Origin: Terriglobia bacterium
GTDB taxonomy: Bacteria; Acidobacteriota; Terriglobia; 2-12-FULL-54-10
Direction: 5' to 3'
NCBI GenBank assembly: GCA_963666975.2
Contig: CAXVYR010000003.1
Coordinates: forward strand, 64,001-128,000
Length of the DNA: 64,000 nt
Numbering within the stretch: position 1 is the stretch's first letter; each line of letters opens with the position of its first letter. Below, in pieces: positions 43,949-53,752 of the stretch. The notes below the pieces were generated by a model, which saw only the letters and a list, made by a program, of their open reading frames with translations, was not told the DNA's origin and ran no database searches. The position numbers were made by a program, and so were the translations under genes.

Positions 43949-45670
43949 ATGGCTACCGAAAAGACAGATGTCGTCATCATCGGAGTGGGCGCGGCAGGAG
44001 GGATACTCGCGGCCGAGCTCGGCAAAGCGGGCATGAAAGTCATTGGCCTGGAGCGCGGCCCGCGTCTGACCACCGCGGACTTCAGCTCGCTCGACGAATT
44101 GCGCTACTTCCAGCGGCAGGATCTGCGCCCCAACGTGAAGAGCCAGCCCGTCACTTGGCGGCCGAACGCGAATGCGCGAGCGAAACCTCTCTCACGGTTG
44201 AATTACGGCAACCAGGCGGGCGGCGGCACCATCCACTACGGCGCGGTCTCGTGGCGGTTGCACGAGGACGACTTCCGCGCGCGGTCGCAGACCATCGAGC
44301 GCTACGGAGCATCGGCCATCCCGGAAGACTCCTCGCTCATCGACTGGCCGCTGACTTACGCCGATCTAGAGCCCTACTATGATCGCGCCGAATATGAGAT
44401 CGGCGTGTCCGGCAAGGCGGGCAATGTGCAGGGACGCAAAATCGAGGGCGGCAACGTGTTCGAAGCGCCGCGCCGTCGCGAGTTTCCGCTGCCGCCTTTA
44501 CAAATAGACCAAGCGGGCGCGGTCTTCGACGCCGCCGCGCGCAAGCTGGGCTATCACCCGTTTTCGACACCGCGCACGATCCTCTCGAAGCCGTATCAGG
44601 GACGGCCCGGCTGCACCTACTGCGGCTTTTGCCAGGCATTCGGCTGCCACATCGGCGCGAAGTCGAGCATCCTCGTCACGAAGCTGCCCGAGGCCGATGC
44701 GACCGGCAACTTCCAGTTGCTCACCGGCGCCATGTGCTACCGCGTAAACAGCGACAACAGCGGGCGCGTGACCGGCGTGTCGTACTACGGCCCCGACGGC
44801 TCGGACAACACGATCGAGGCGGAGATCGTCATTCTCACTCCCTTCATCTACGACAATACGCGCCTGCTGCTGCTTTCCAAGACGGGAAAGTTCCCGGACG
44901 GCCTGGCCAACTCGAGCGGCCAAGTAGGCAAGCATCTAATGACCCACATCATGGCGAGAGCATTCGCCGCGTTCGACGACCGGCATATCAACATCTACAT
45001 GGGGCCGAGCGCGCAGAGGCATAGTATCGACGACTTCAACGCCGACAATTTCGACCATAGCGGTTTGGCCTTCATCCGCGGCGCGCAAATCTCGGTCATT
45101 CCCGCCGCCCTGGAGGCCGGCCCAATCGGCACCGCCGTCGGCATGAACCCGCCGCCGGGCATCCCGCGGTGGGGCGCGGCGTATCGCGACTTCCTCGCCA
45201 AGTACTTCACGCGCTACGCCGGGCTCAACGCGCAGACCGAGAACCTGCCGTACGCCGACCAGACGATTGACCTCGATCCGGACGTGCGCGATCAGTGGGG
45301 CTTGCCGGCGCCGCGCCTGACCTACGACTGGCGGAGGCCGAACGAGCTTGCGCGCGTCGAGTACATGATGCGGAAGTTGGAAGCGCTGGGCCGCGCGATG
45401 GGTGCAACGCACGTGTGGCGCGCGCCCCTAAACCAGGGCTCCCCGGGCGCGCACCACGAGGGCGGCACGCGCATGGGGAGCGATCCGGCAACTTCGGTGG
45501 TGAACCGCTACGGCCAGAGCTGGGACATCCCGAATCTTTTCATCATCGGCAGCTCGACCCACCCAACGATGAGCGGCTTCAACCCGACGCTGACGATCCA
45601 GGCGCTCGCCTACATGAGCGCCGATGCCATTGTGAATCGCTACAAGAACAATCCCGGACCGCTTATTTAG
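43949..45670 (+). CDS. GMC-family flavoprotein oxidoreductase (gluconate dehydrogenase large subunit-like)
   Basis: GVGAAG, GGGTIHY, CTYCGFC..GC, HHEGGTRMG, NPTLT. Confidence 0.9.
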   Translation: MATEKTDVVIIGVGAAGGILAAELGKAGMKVIGLERGPRLTTADFSSLDELRYFQRQDLRPNVKSQPVTWRPNANARAKPLSRLNYGNQAGGGTIHYGAVSWRLHEDDFRARSQTIERYGASAIPEDSSLIDWPLTYADLEPYYDRAEYEIGVSGKAGNVQGRKIEGGNVFEAPRRREFPLPPLQIDQAGAVFDAAARKLGYHPFSTPRTILSKPYQGRPGCTYCGFCQAFGCHIGAKSSILVTKLPEADATGNFQLLTGAMCYRVNSDNSGRVTGVSYYGPDGSDNTIEAEIVILTPFIYDNTRLLLLSKTGKFPDGLANSSGQVGKHLMTHIMARAFAAFDDRHINIYMGPSAQRHSIDDFNADNFDHSGLAFIRGAQISVIPAALEAGPIGTAVGMNPPPGIPRWGAAYRDFLAKYFTRYAGLNAQTENLPYADQTIDLDPDVRDQWGLPAPRLTYDWRRPNELARVEYMMRKLEALGRAMGATHVWRAPLNQGSPGAHHEGGTRMGSDPATSVVNRYGQSWDIPNLFIIGSSTHPTMSGFNPTLTIQALAYMSADAIVNRYKNNPGPLI

Positions 45671-46039
45671 CGATCACTAGGACCAGTAGCCTCCTGCTGC
45701 TGAACCACGATACCGAATTATGCGAACACGCTGACAGCGCCAGATTCCGCTTCGGTGATTTTCTCCGCTTTCGAGATTTCGACATCGACGACGGCTTCCT
45801 TGACCGTTGCCGTTAAGAATTCCATTGAACCTTGGAAAACTACGCCAAGCTAGCAGGGGTCGCAAAATGTCTCGAAAACAACCTGCGCGATTCAAATGGC
45901 CGTAAAATACCCTGCCCGGAAACTGACCCCCTCCCGAATGACAACACTCCTGGTTCTTTGGGCCCGGCGCTGATAAAATCTAAGGTGCAAGCAAACAAAC
46001 TGCAAAGGGAGAGGGTGCTGGTTTCCTTCCGATACCGAG

Positions 46040-46480
46040 ATGAGAAAAGATTCCCGCCGGCGAGTCCCGAGAAAATTCTGCTTCGCATGCGGAGTCGACA
46101 ACAGCCAGGGCATGCGCCTGAAGTTTTCGGTTGATCCCGAGAAGCGGATTGTCGAGGGGATATTTAACATAGCCCACCGCTATCAGGGGCCGCCGTCCTA
46201 CGTGCATGGCGGCGTGATCGCCGTATTGTTGGATGAGGCGATGGGAAAACTGAATCGCCTGGATGGCATTGTCGCGATGACGGCGGAGATGACCGTTCAG
46301 TACCTCCGTCCGGTGCCGCTCGGGCGCAAGATTCTGGTGAAGGCATGGCCCGTGCAGCATCGCGGCCGGAATTACTGGCGGGAGTGCACCATCCACGATT
46401 CGCAGGGAAAATTGCTGGTTCAAAGCAAAGGAAGATTTGTAAAGGTTGCCGTGCGAGAGGACCCGGTTCAATATGAATGA
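46040..46480 (+). CDS. PaaI-family thioesterase
   Basis: [19 protein letters not shown]. Confidence 0.88.
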   Translation: MRKDSRRRVPRKFCFACGVDNSQGMRLKFSVDPEKRIVEGIFNIAHRYQGPPSYVHGGVIAVLLDEAMGKLNRLDGIVAMTAEMTVQYLRPVPLGRKILVKAWPVQHRGRNYWRECTIHDSQGKLLVQSKGRFVKVAVREDPVQYE

Positions 46481-46512
46481 GCGCCCCTTCGGCTGCCCAG
46501 GAGGAAGCAATT

Positions 46513-47394
46513 ATGGCTGAACAATTATACAGATTGAAAACCGGACTCGCCGAGATGTTGAAAGGCGGGGTCATCATGGACGTCACCAACGCCGAGCAGT
46601 CCCGGATCGCCGAGGAAGCCGGAGCGGTGGCCGTCATGGCCCTGGAGCGGGTTCCCGCCGACATCCGCAAAGAGGGCGGCGTGGCGCGCATGGCCTCGAT
46701 CCAGGTGATTCGCGCGATTCAGAAGACCGTCAGCATTCCCGTGATGGCCAAGGTGCGCATCGGCCACGCGGCTGAAGCCCAGGTCTTGCAGGCGCTGGAA
46801 GTCGATTACATCGACGAGAGCGAAGTGCTCACGCCCGCCGACGAGGAGCACCACATCCACAAACATGCCTTTGGGGTTCCTTTCGTTTGCGGAGCCCGCA
46901 ATCTGGGCGAAGCTCTGCGGCGCATTGCGGAAGGAGCGGCGCTGATTCGGACCAAGGGGGAGGCAGGCTCGGGCAACGTGGTGGAGGCGGTGAGGCACAT
47001 CCGCGCCATCGTGCGGGATATCCGGAGGCTGGCAACCCTGCCGGAAGAGGAACTGCTGAGCGAGTCCAAGAAGCTGGGTGCTCCCTATGAGCTGATTCGG
47101 ATGGTGGCGCGCGATGGCCGTCTGCCGGTTCCGAACTTCTCTGCGGGCGGCCTCGCCACGCCGGCTGACGCAGCTCTGGTCATGCAGCTTGGCGCGGAGG
47201 CTGTTTTTGTGGGTTCGGGAATTTTTAAGTCCACGGACCCGGAACGCCGCGCCAAGGCCATTGTGAAGGCAGTCACTCATTACAACGATCCTGCTGTCTT
47301 GCTGGAATGCTCGGAGCAATTGGGAGAGGCCATGCGGGGGCTCGACGTGGCCAGCATGGATGAAAAAGATTTGCTGCAAACGCGGGGTTGGTAG
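46513..47394 (+). CDS. pdxS: Pyridoxal 5'-phosphate synthase lyase subunit
   Basis: [34 protein letters not shown]. Confidence 0.96.
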   Translation: MAEQLYRLKTGLAEMLKGGVIMDVTNAEQSRIAEEAGAVAVMALERVPADIRKEGGVARMASIQVIRAIQKTVSIPVMAKVRIGHAAEAQVLQALEVDYIDESEVLTPADEEHHIHKHAFGVPFVCGARNLGEALRRIAEGAALIRTKGEAGSGNVVEAVRHIRAIVRDIRRLATLPEEELLSESKKLGAPYELIRMVARDGRLPVPNFSAGGLATPADAALVMQLGAEAVFVGSGIFKSTDPERRAKAIVKAVTHYNDPAVLLECSEQLGEAMRGLDVASMDEKDLLQTRGW

Positions 47395-47407
47395 GGAGTT
47401 GATGTAG

Positions 47408-48001
47408 ATGGCTCCTGTCGGCATCCTGGCAGTGCAGGGAGATTTCCAGGCGCATGGCAAAGCTCTGGACCGTCTGGGGACTGCCTGGCGATTAGTAAAA
47501 AAGCCTTCCGAGTTGACCGGCCTTTCCGGCCTCATCCTGCCGGGCGGGGAGAGCACAACCTTTTTGAAATTCCTGCAAGAAGAAGCCTGGTTCGAGCCGA
47601 TCCGCCGGTTTGCCAGTTCGCAGCCGATTTTCGGAACCTGTGCCGGGGCGATCCTGCTGGCGGAAAAGGTGGAGAATCCCTCCCAAAACAGTCTAGGGTT
47701 GTTGCATGTGACCGTCCGAAGAAACGGCTATGGACGCCAGCTTTCCAGCTCCGTCCAAACCGTGGAGGCCGAACCGGAGTTGCAGATAGGCCTGGAGGCC
47801 GGCGCGCCGCTCGAAGCCGTGCTGATCCGCGCCCCCGTGATCCTCCGGGTTGCTCCCCAAGTTCGGGTCCTGGCTCGTTTGAATGGGCAAGCCGTGCTCG
47901 TTCGGGAAGGCTCGGTGCTGGCCGGGACATTCCACCCGGAGTTGACTTCCGACAGCCGGGTTCATCGTTACTTTTGTGGCATGTTCGCTGACGGGAGTTA
48001 G
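47408..48001 (+). CDS. pdxT: PLP synthase glutaminase subunit
   Basis: PGGESTT, GTCAG, FHPEL; directly after pdxS. Confidence 0.95.
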   Translation: MAPVGILAVQGDFQAHGKALDRLGTAWRLVKKPSELTGLSGLILPGGESTTFLKFLQEEAWFEPIRRFASSQPIFGTCAGAILLAEKVENPSQNSLGLLHVTVRRNGYGRQLSSSVQTVEAEPELQIGLEAGAPLEAVLIRAPVILRVAPQVRVLARLNGQAVLVREGSVLAGTFHPELTSDSRVHRYFCGMFADGS

Positions 48002-48074
48002 GTGAGAAATTCCTAAGCCTGAGCAGAAAGCGGCACCCCTCAAAGGTCCTAGGACCATTTCTGTCGCTTAGTAC

Positions 48075-48236
48075 TGACATATTTTGTCAATTTCCTCCCT
48101 TTATATCCCAGTGCCGAGCGGGTATAGCCAGCCGACAGATATTTGTTTTCATTATTAAGTAATTGATAAGAAAAGAGATAAATTGTGTATCAAAAATAGG
48201 GCCGCTTGAAAATGGGGCTTGGACCTTTATTTGCTA
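48075..48236 (+). promoter_or_regulatory. sigma54 promoter with upstream activator-like site and IHF site
   Basis: TGGACCTTTATTTGCT (GG-N10-GC, 48221-48234); IHF consensus TATCAATTACTTA on minus strand 48156-48168; palindrome TGACA-N5-TGTCA 48075-48089. Confidence 0.7.
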
Positions 48237-48305
48237 CTTTTCCAGCCGATATGGGAAAGTGGGAAGAGTGGGACAAGCTTTAGAATACTACAGAGAGAGG
48301 GAAAA

Positions 48306-48830
48306 ATGAGAAAACAGAAAGGTTTTTCGTTGATTGAGCTGTTGATCGTGGTGGCTATCATCCTGATCATTGCAGCGATTGCGGTACCGAACTTGTTGAG
48401 GTCCAGAATGGCGGCTAACGAGGCCTCTGCGGCCAGCGCGTTGCGGACGGTTGGCACGGCCAATATCACCTATTCCTCAACTTACAACATTGGTTTTGCG
48501 GGAGCACTTTCGGATCTCGGAGCTGGAGCGGCGGTGGCAACAAACTCCTCGGACCTGCTGGATTCGGTCCTGTCCGGCACCAACCCGGCTACGGCTGCTC
48601 CGGTCAAGAGCGGGTATCGGTTCACTTATGTTGCGGCCAACGCAACGCCAACTGCGGCGACGCCGAACGGCACCTTTGGCATTGAGGCGACACCGACTGC
48701 AGCGGGCTCCTCGGGCACCAGCACCTTCTGCATGGATATGGGCAATGTGGTTCTTAGAGACCCCGTAGGGGGCGCCACAGGTGTAGTGGCTACCGGTTGT
48801 GCAGCTTTTGCTACCGGCGTTCCGATGTAA
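48306..48830 (+). CDS. Type IV pilin (probable major pilin)
   Basis: MRKQKG/FSLIELLIVVAIILIIAAIAVPNL class III signal; C-terminal Cys pair; Thr/Ala/Ser-rich. Confidence 0.9.
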   Translation: MRKQKGFSLIELLIVVAIILIIAAIAVPNLLRSRMAANEASAASALRTVGTANITYSSTYNIGFAGALSDLGAGAAVATNSSDLLDSVLSGTNPATAAPVKSGYRFTYVAANATPTAATPNGTFGIEATPTAAGSSGTSTFCMDMGNVVLRDPVGGATGVVATGCAAFATGVPM

Positions 48831-48848
48831 TTTGGATAGCCTGTCATT

Positions 48849-48887
48849 TAGGTTAAACAGGTAGGTTAAACAGGTAGGTTAAACGGG
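48849..48887 (+). repeat. 13-bp tandem repeat, 3 copies (TAGGTTAAACAGG)
   Basis: Read directly; third copy merges into the terminator stem. Confidence 0.85.
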
Positions 48888-48912
48888 AGGGCTTCGGCTC
48901 TCCCGTTTTTTT
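48881..48912 (+). terminator. Rho-independent terminator of the pilin gene
   Basis: AAACGGGAGGGC-TTCG-GCTCTCCCGTTT followed by a T-run. Confidence 0.88.
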
Positions 48913-48945
48913 TGCCCAGGCGACGGGAATATAACGAGGGGAGCC

Positions 48946-50724
48946 TCAGCGATTGTCCGGCGAGGAGCGCAAGTCGGAGAGCAACCGGCCCACCTCTCCG
49001 GCATCGCCCCAAAAGCGATAGAGAAAGCCGGCTGGGTTGGAAGTTTGGCCGGTCAGAATCAGGGCGGTGCGCAGCGATTGGCGGGCGTCCTGCAAATCCC
49101 CTTGTTTCCATTTGAGAAAGCCGTCAATCACCAGGACGCTGGGGTCATTGGCATCGAGGTTTTTTCCCGCCTCCATGGCGCGGGTTGCTTGGTCCGGGTT
49201 GCCGGCCCAGTAATGCGCCCTGGCTAACTTGGAGTAAAACTCCGCTGTGATGTAGCTTCCTCCTTGCTCCAAAGCCATGTTGTAAGCGATGAGGCCCTGC
49301 CGGTAATCCCTTGCGGCAAGCGTATAGGCGTCTCCCAGATAGGTGAGATAGCGGGGATGGGCTCGAATCTCAACGGCCTGAATCAACTCCTTTACGCCTT
49401 GTTCGGTCCTCCCTCGTTGTAGCAGGGCCTGCCCCAGGTTGTTGTGGCAATACGCCGAGGTCATGCAGGTCTGGGTGGTAGCTGCCCAGAGCGTGAGATT
49501 GTTGCTCCAGACCGGCAGGTGATTTTGTGTATGCCAGGCAAATGCGAGCAAGATGACGCCCATCACCGCTTCCCAGCCCAGGCGCTGCCAAAGCCTGGCG
49601 AGGCGGTCTCCCACCAGGAAAAACAGCTTGCTCCCCAGCACAAACATCCCGATGGCCGGGATGTAGAGATAACGGTCCGCGACCCAAATCGGGAAGGGAA
49701 CGATTTGCAGCACAGGCGCCAGGAAAACGAAAAACCAGAGGCCCCAGAACTGTATGCTCCGGTTGCTGCGATACAGCAGCCAGAGGATTCCCAGCACAGC
49801 GCACCAGCCAATTCCCAGAACCCAGTTGAAATCTTCATAGATGACGGCCATTTGCCAGGCCGACAGAGGGTGAGGGAAGACCACCATGCGGATGTAAAAC
49901 AGAACCAGTTGGGGAAAGTTCTGGAGGTGCAAGCTCAATCCGCCGTAGTAGGAGGTCTCCAGGGTATCCTGCGAGGCGTAGAAGACGCTTAAGTGGATGA
50001 CGGTAAATATCGCGCTCATCAGGAAAAACCAGCCCAGACTCCCCACCCGGCTCTTTTTGAAGGAGAACCCTTGCTTGTAGTCATACAAAAGGAAGATGGC
50101 GGGGGCCACAATGGTGTTGACCTTGGCCAGCAGGGAGAGGATAAAAAGCAGCGAGCATAAGATTCCGTCCGACCAGCGTGCCCTCTCCCGCAGCCGGATG
50201 AAAAACCAAAACGACAGCAGGAAGAAGAAAAACGCCAGAGTGCTTTTAGTCTCTGAAATCCATGCGACGGTCTCAATGTTGGCCGGATGCACGGCGAACA
50301 AAAGGCTGGCCAGCAGAGCGACGCGAGGCGCTTCCAGTTTCTTCAGGATGAAGTAGAGCAGGCAGACGCACCCTGCGTGGACCAGGAGTTGGCCCAGGTG
50401 GTATCCCATCGCCTCCAAACCGGAAAAGGAATGGAGGATAGCCAGGAAAGCGTGCTGGATGGGCGCGTAGTGGCCCAGATAGGTGCTGGTCCAAACTGCC
50501 CAGAGGCGCGCCAGGGAGAGCCCGTGAATGCGGTAGTTACGCTCAATGTAGGCGATATCGTCCCAGACAAAGTTGAAATAAAGCGTGGTCGCATAAAGCG
50601 CAAAGGTCACAGCGAGCAGAAGAGCATAGGGCAGAAACCTTTGCCGCGCGTCGATCCTTTCCGGGAACCCGAAGAAGGTGTAGTTGTTGTTCAAGGTGTA
50701 TCTATTGTTCATAGATGTGTTCAT
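48946..50724 (-). CDS. TMTC-like GT-C glycosyltransferase with C-terminal TPR repeats
   Basis: FVWDD, GYHL..LLVH, LFAVHP..ETVAWIS, ADRYLYIP, WSNNLTLW, then TPR helices. Confidence 0.8.
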   Translation of the reverse strand: MNTSMNNRYTLNNNYTFFGFPERIDARQRFLPYALLLAVTFALYATTLYFNFVWDDIAYIERNYRIHGLSLARLWAVWTSTYLGHYAPIQHAFLAILHSFSGLEAMGYHLGQLLVHAGCVCLLYFILKKLEAPRVALLASLLFAVHPANIETVAWISETKSTLAFFFFLLSFWFFIRLRERARWSDGILCSLLFILSLLAKVNTIVAPAIFLLYDYKQGFSFKKSRVGSLGWFFLMSAIFTVIHLSVFYASQDTLETSYYGGLSLHLQNFPQLVLFYIRMVVFPHPLSAWQMAVIYEDFNWVLGIGWCAVLGILWLLYRSNRSIQFWGLWFFVFLAPVLQIVPFPIWVADRYLYIPAIGMFVLGSKLFFLVGDRLARLWQRLGWEAVMGVILLAFAWHTQNHLPVWSNNLTLWAATTQTCMTSAYCHNNLGQALLQRGRTEQGVKELIQAVEIRAHPRYLTYLGDAYTLAARDYRQGLIAYNMALEQGGSYITAEFYSKLARAHYWAGNPDQATRAMEAGKNLDANDPSVLVIDGFLKWKQGDLQDARQSLRTALILTGQTSNPAGFLYRFWGDAGEVGRLLSDLRSSPDNR

Positions 50725-50836
50725 AGAGGCAGCGGTTGTTCATAGCAGCAATGTTTCATGTGCTCATAGAAGCTGCTGTTTCATGGAAGAGTATGATGGC
50801 CGCCGAGTATGTGCCGGGATGCGGGCGCCCCGCGAA

Positions 50837-51799
50837 TCAGGGCGCAAGTTTTTGCGCCGTGACCGTCAGAGTGCCTCCTTGCCCCCGCGCAGCGTCCCAG
50901 AGGGCGCTCAGCAAAGCGGGCGAAGCCAGCAGAGTTGCCGCTGCCACCATGCGGACGCCTTCCGCCACGGGCGGCACCCGTTCCGATTTTAGCAGACCGT
51001 ACAGATGGTTGTCGTCCTGGAGGGCGCGGTTCATCCAGCTCTGTAGCGTCCCGAACCAGTCATACTCGAATGAAAATGTCCCCCAGCGAGCTGGCTGGAA
51101 TCCGTTGTCTCCGAGCAGGGCCTGGAGGGTGGGCCGGCGAAAGTGCCAGAGATGGCGCGGCGGGTCCAGATGAAACCAATGCGGCCCGGAGGCTTGTGCC
51201 TGCGCGCCCCCGTAGTTGGGGACGGCCAGCGACAGCCAGCCGCCGGGCTTCAGAATGCGGTGAATCTCCCGCAACGTCTGCGCGGGGTGATGCAGGTGTT
51301 CAAGCACATGCCATAGAACCACCAGTTGAAAGTGATCGTCGGGAAAGGAGCACTCGGCAAGGTCCTTGTAGAAAACGTTGGGGACCGAATGCCCCAGCGG
51401 CGAGGGGCGTTCAATTCCGTAAGCCTCAATGCCGGAGGCGCGAGCCAGCTTCAGCAAATCGCCGCGGCCGCATCCAATGTCCAGCAACGGCCCGGCGGGT
51501 TCGAGCAAAGGCCGCAGTTGCCTCCATTTCAGCCGGGTCAGGGCGGCGACACCGGCCTCGGCGGCGGAGAAGAACTTCTTTCTGTCTTTGCCGTAATAGG
51601 TTTCGCTGTAAAAGGGAGCCAGCTCGGCATCCGAGAGCTGCGGAAAAAGAAAAACCGAGCCGCACTGCGCGCATTCCAACAGGCGAAACGGTTCCGCAGC
51701 GGAGCGGGGATGGAACGGGCCGGAGGAAACGCAAGCAGGGCACGCGCCCGGCTGGCTAGGAGAATTGTTTGAATCGGTGAATTCCGGTGCGGTGGACAA
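50837..51799 (-). CDS. Class I SAM methyltransferase with N-terminal zinc ribbon
   Basis: CPAC..CAQCG, LLDIGCGRG, WHVLEH, PPRH. Confidence 0.85.
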   Translation of the reverse strand: MSTAPEFTDSNNSPSQPGACPACVSSGPFHPRSAAEPFRLLECAQCGSVFLFPQLSDAELAPFYSETYYGKDRKKFFSAAEAGVAALTRLKWRQLRPLLEPAGPLLDIGCGRGDLLKLARASGIEAYGIERPSPLGHSVPNVFYKDLAECSFPDDHFQLVVLWHVLEHLHHPAQTLREIHRILKPGGWLSLAVPNYGGAQAQASGPHWFHLDPPRHLWHFRRPTLQALLGDNGFQPARWGTFSFEYDWFGTLQSWMNRALQDDNHLYGLLKSERVPPVAEGVRMVAAATLLASPALLSALWDAARGQGGTLTVTAQKLAP

Positions 51800-52532
51800 A
51801 GTGTTTCCCGATCGTTTTCAGAATTCCCAGGCCATAGACGCATCCCTGCCCGAAACGCACGGAGGAACAGTCGAAGCTATAGCGCGTTGTAACCGGGATC
51901 TCTTTGAAGCGGAGTCCCTTGAGAAACATCTGAACGATAATTTCATTGTCAAAGAGAAAATCCTCGGAGTTGGCCTCAAAGTTTACGCTTTCGAGAGCTT
52001 GCCGCGTATAGGCGCGGTAGCCGGTGTGGAACTCGGAAAATTTTGTGCCGAGCGCCAGGTTTTCGATCCTCGTGAGAAATTTGTTCGCCACGTATTTCCA
52101 GAGAGGCATTCCGCCTGCGAGCGGGTCGCCCAGCATGCGGGACGCCAGGACCACGTCCGCCTCTCCGGCGCGCAGCGGCGCCACCAGATTGCTAATGATG
52201 GTGGGGTCGTACTGGTAATCGGGATGCAGCATGACCACGAATTCAGCTCCTTGCTCCAGCGCGCGGGTGTAGCAGGTCTTTTGATTGCCGCCGTATCCGC
52301 GATTTTTGCGATGGCGGATCGCTGTAATCGGCAGCGAGTTGGCCACGGCCCATGTGCCGTCCGAGCTGGCGTCATCGACCAGTATGATCTCGTCATAGCT
52401 GTTCGGAGGGATGGTGTAGTAGGTCTTCGCCAGCGTCCGTGCTGCGTTGTAGGCGGGCATCACCACGATGGTCTTGGGATGCTGGCTTGTCTGCTCAACC
52501 TGCTTTTCGGTCCCGCTCTGTGGAAGCGTCAT
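51756..52532 (-). CDS. GT2 glycosyltransferase (polyprenol-phosphate glycosyl synthase/DPM1-like)
   Basis: VMPAYNA, VDDASSDGT, NRGYG, HPDYQY, EFHTGYRAY. Confidence 0.88.
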   Translation of the reverse strand: MTLPQSGTEKQVEQTSQHPKTIVVMPAYNAARTLAKTYYTIPPNSYDEIILVDDASSDGTWAVANSLPITAIRHRKNRGYGGNQKTCYTRALEQGAEFVVMLHPDYQYDPTIISNLVAPLRAGEADVVLASRMLGDPLAGGMPLWKYVANKFLTRIENLALGTKFSEFHTGYRAYTRQALESVNFEANSEDFLFDNEIIVQMFLKGLRFKEIPVTTRYSFDCSSVRFGQGCVYGLGILKTIGKHFVHRTGIHRFKQFS

Positions 52533-52888
52533 CCTGTGCCTCTGGCTGTGTGCCCCTAGCCTTCTTGCGCGCATTCTACCATAAAGCAAATCCCCTTCGG
52601 GCAAGGGGGGGCAATCCTTATTTGTTTGGCTACAGAGACACGGAGACACGGAGGATATCAAGGGCTCCTATTAAAGCTGCTGCCGTACCTTAACTTGCCG
52701 GCACCCCAATTATGCCTGCGGTCAAGTTTTTCCAGGTTCTTGCTGCTCTGCGCTTCTGGGACTCTGCGGCTAACCCTATTTTAAGGTCGCTCGGGCAGGA
52801 TCGGGCTTGCCCCGCCCGCTGGAGGAGGGATAAGATAAGGCTGGAATACGAGTGCCCGGCGGGTTTGCCGGGCCGGGGATGGAATCCG

Positions 52889-53692
52889 ATGCCGTATCGA
52901 TTCTGCCTTGTGGCAGCCGTCCTGGTTTGGGGAAGTTTCTGGCCTGGGGAATTGCTTGGAGCAGGCCTCACGCCGGAGTCCCGCATGGCCATCATCCGCG
53001 GCCTGACGGCCGAATATGCCACCGTGAAGGTTTCTCTGCCGCGCGGCGAGAAAGGGTTGATGGTGGACACGCAGGGCGCGGTCGATGAAGCAGCGCTGCT
53101 CCGCGAGATCACGCAGAATGGAACTGCTATACCGCCGAATGTGCTCGTCCAGATCACGGCAATCGAGTTCAAGGGCAAGGAGATTGTTTTTGAGATCAAT
53201 GGAGGCGGCAAGAGCAAGTCGAAATGGTACGAGCACATCGAAGTGGGGATGGGAAGCGGCACGTACCCCGTCTCGCAGGGAAGCGGCAAAGCCCCGACCG
53301 GCTCGTCCGTCATTTTGAAATTTTCACAAAGCCTTCCGGACCTGACGGTGGACGAATTGAAAAGTTATCTGGGCCCCGTGCTGGATTTCAATCCGGTCTC
53401 TCCCATACAGACCTTTTCCCGCCCGATTCCGCCCGAGTTTCTCGAGGCTATCGAGGCGAAGCAGGCGGCCATCGGGATGGACCGGCAGATGGTGCAGATG
53501 GCGATGGGACACCCGCAACACAAAGTGCGCGAAACCAAGGACGGCGTGGAGCAAGAGGATTGGATCTATGGAACGCTTCCCCAGAAGGTGATCTTTGTGA
53601 CCTTTGAGGGGGATGAAGTGGTGGACATAAAAGAGTACCGGAGTGGCGTCACCGGGCAAACCCAGCCGCCTTTGAAAGACCCGATCCGTTGA
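52889..53692 (+). CDS. Secreted hypothetical protein
   Basis: Signal peptide; C-terminal IGMDRQMV..AMGHP..EDWIYG (BamE/SmpA-like pattern). Confidence 0.65.
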   Translation: MPYRFCLVAAVLVWGSFWPGELLGAGLTPESRMAIIRGLTAEYATVKVSLPRGEKGLMVDTQGAVDEAALLREITQNGTAIPPNVLVQITAIEFKGKEIVFEINGGGKSKSKWYEHIEVGMGSGTYPVSQGSGKAPTGSSVILKFSQSLPDLTVDELKSYLGPVLDFNPVSPIQTFSRPIPPEFLEAIEAKQAAIGMDRQMVQMAMGHPQHKVRETKDGVEQEDWIYGTLPQKVIFVTFEGDEVVDIKEYRSGVTGQTQPPLKDPIR

Positions 53693-53752
53693 TGGTTTTT
53701 CTCGGAAGGCAATCTGTGACAAGTTTTGAGTAAATGGGAATGGAGTGAGGCA

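Noticed and set aside
48306-48830. Electrically conductive e-pilin
   Set aside because: Full-length pilin with sparse aromatic residues and long aromatic-free gaps
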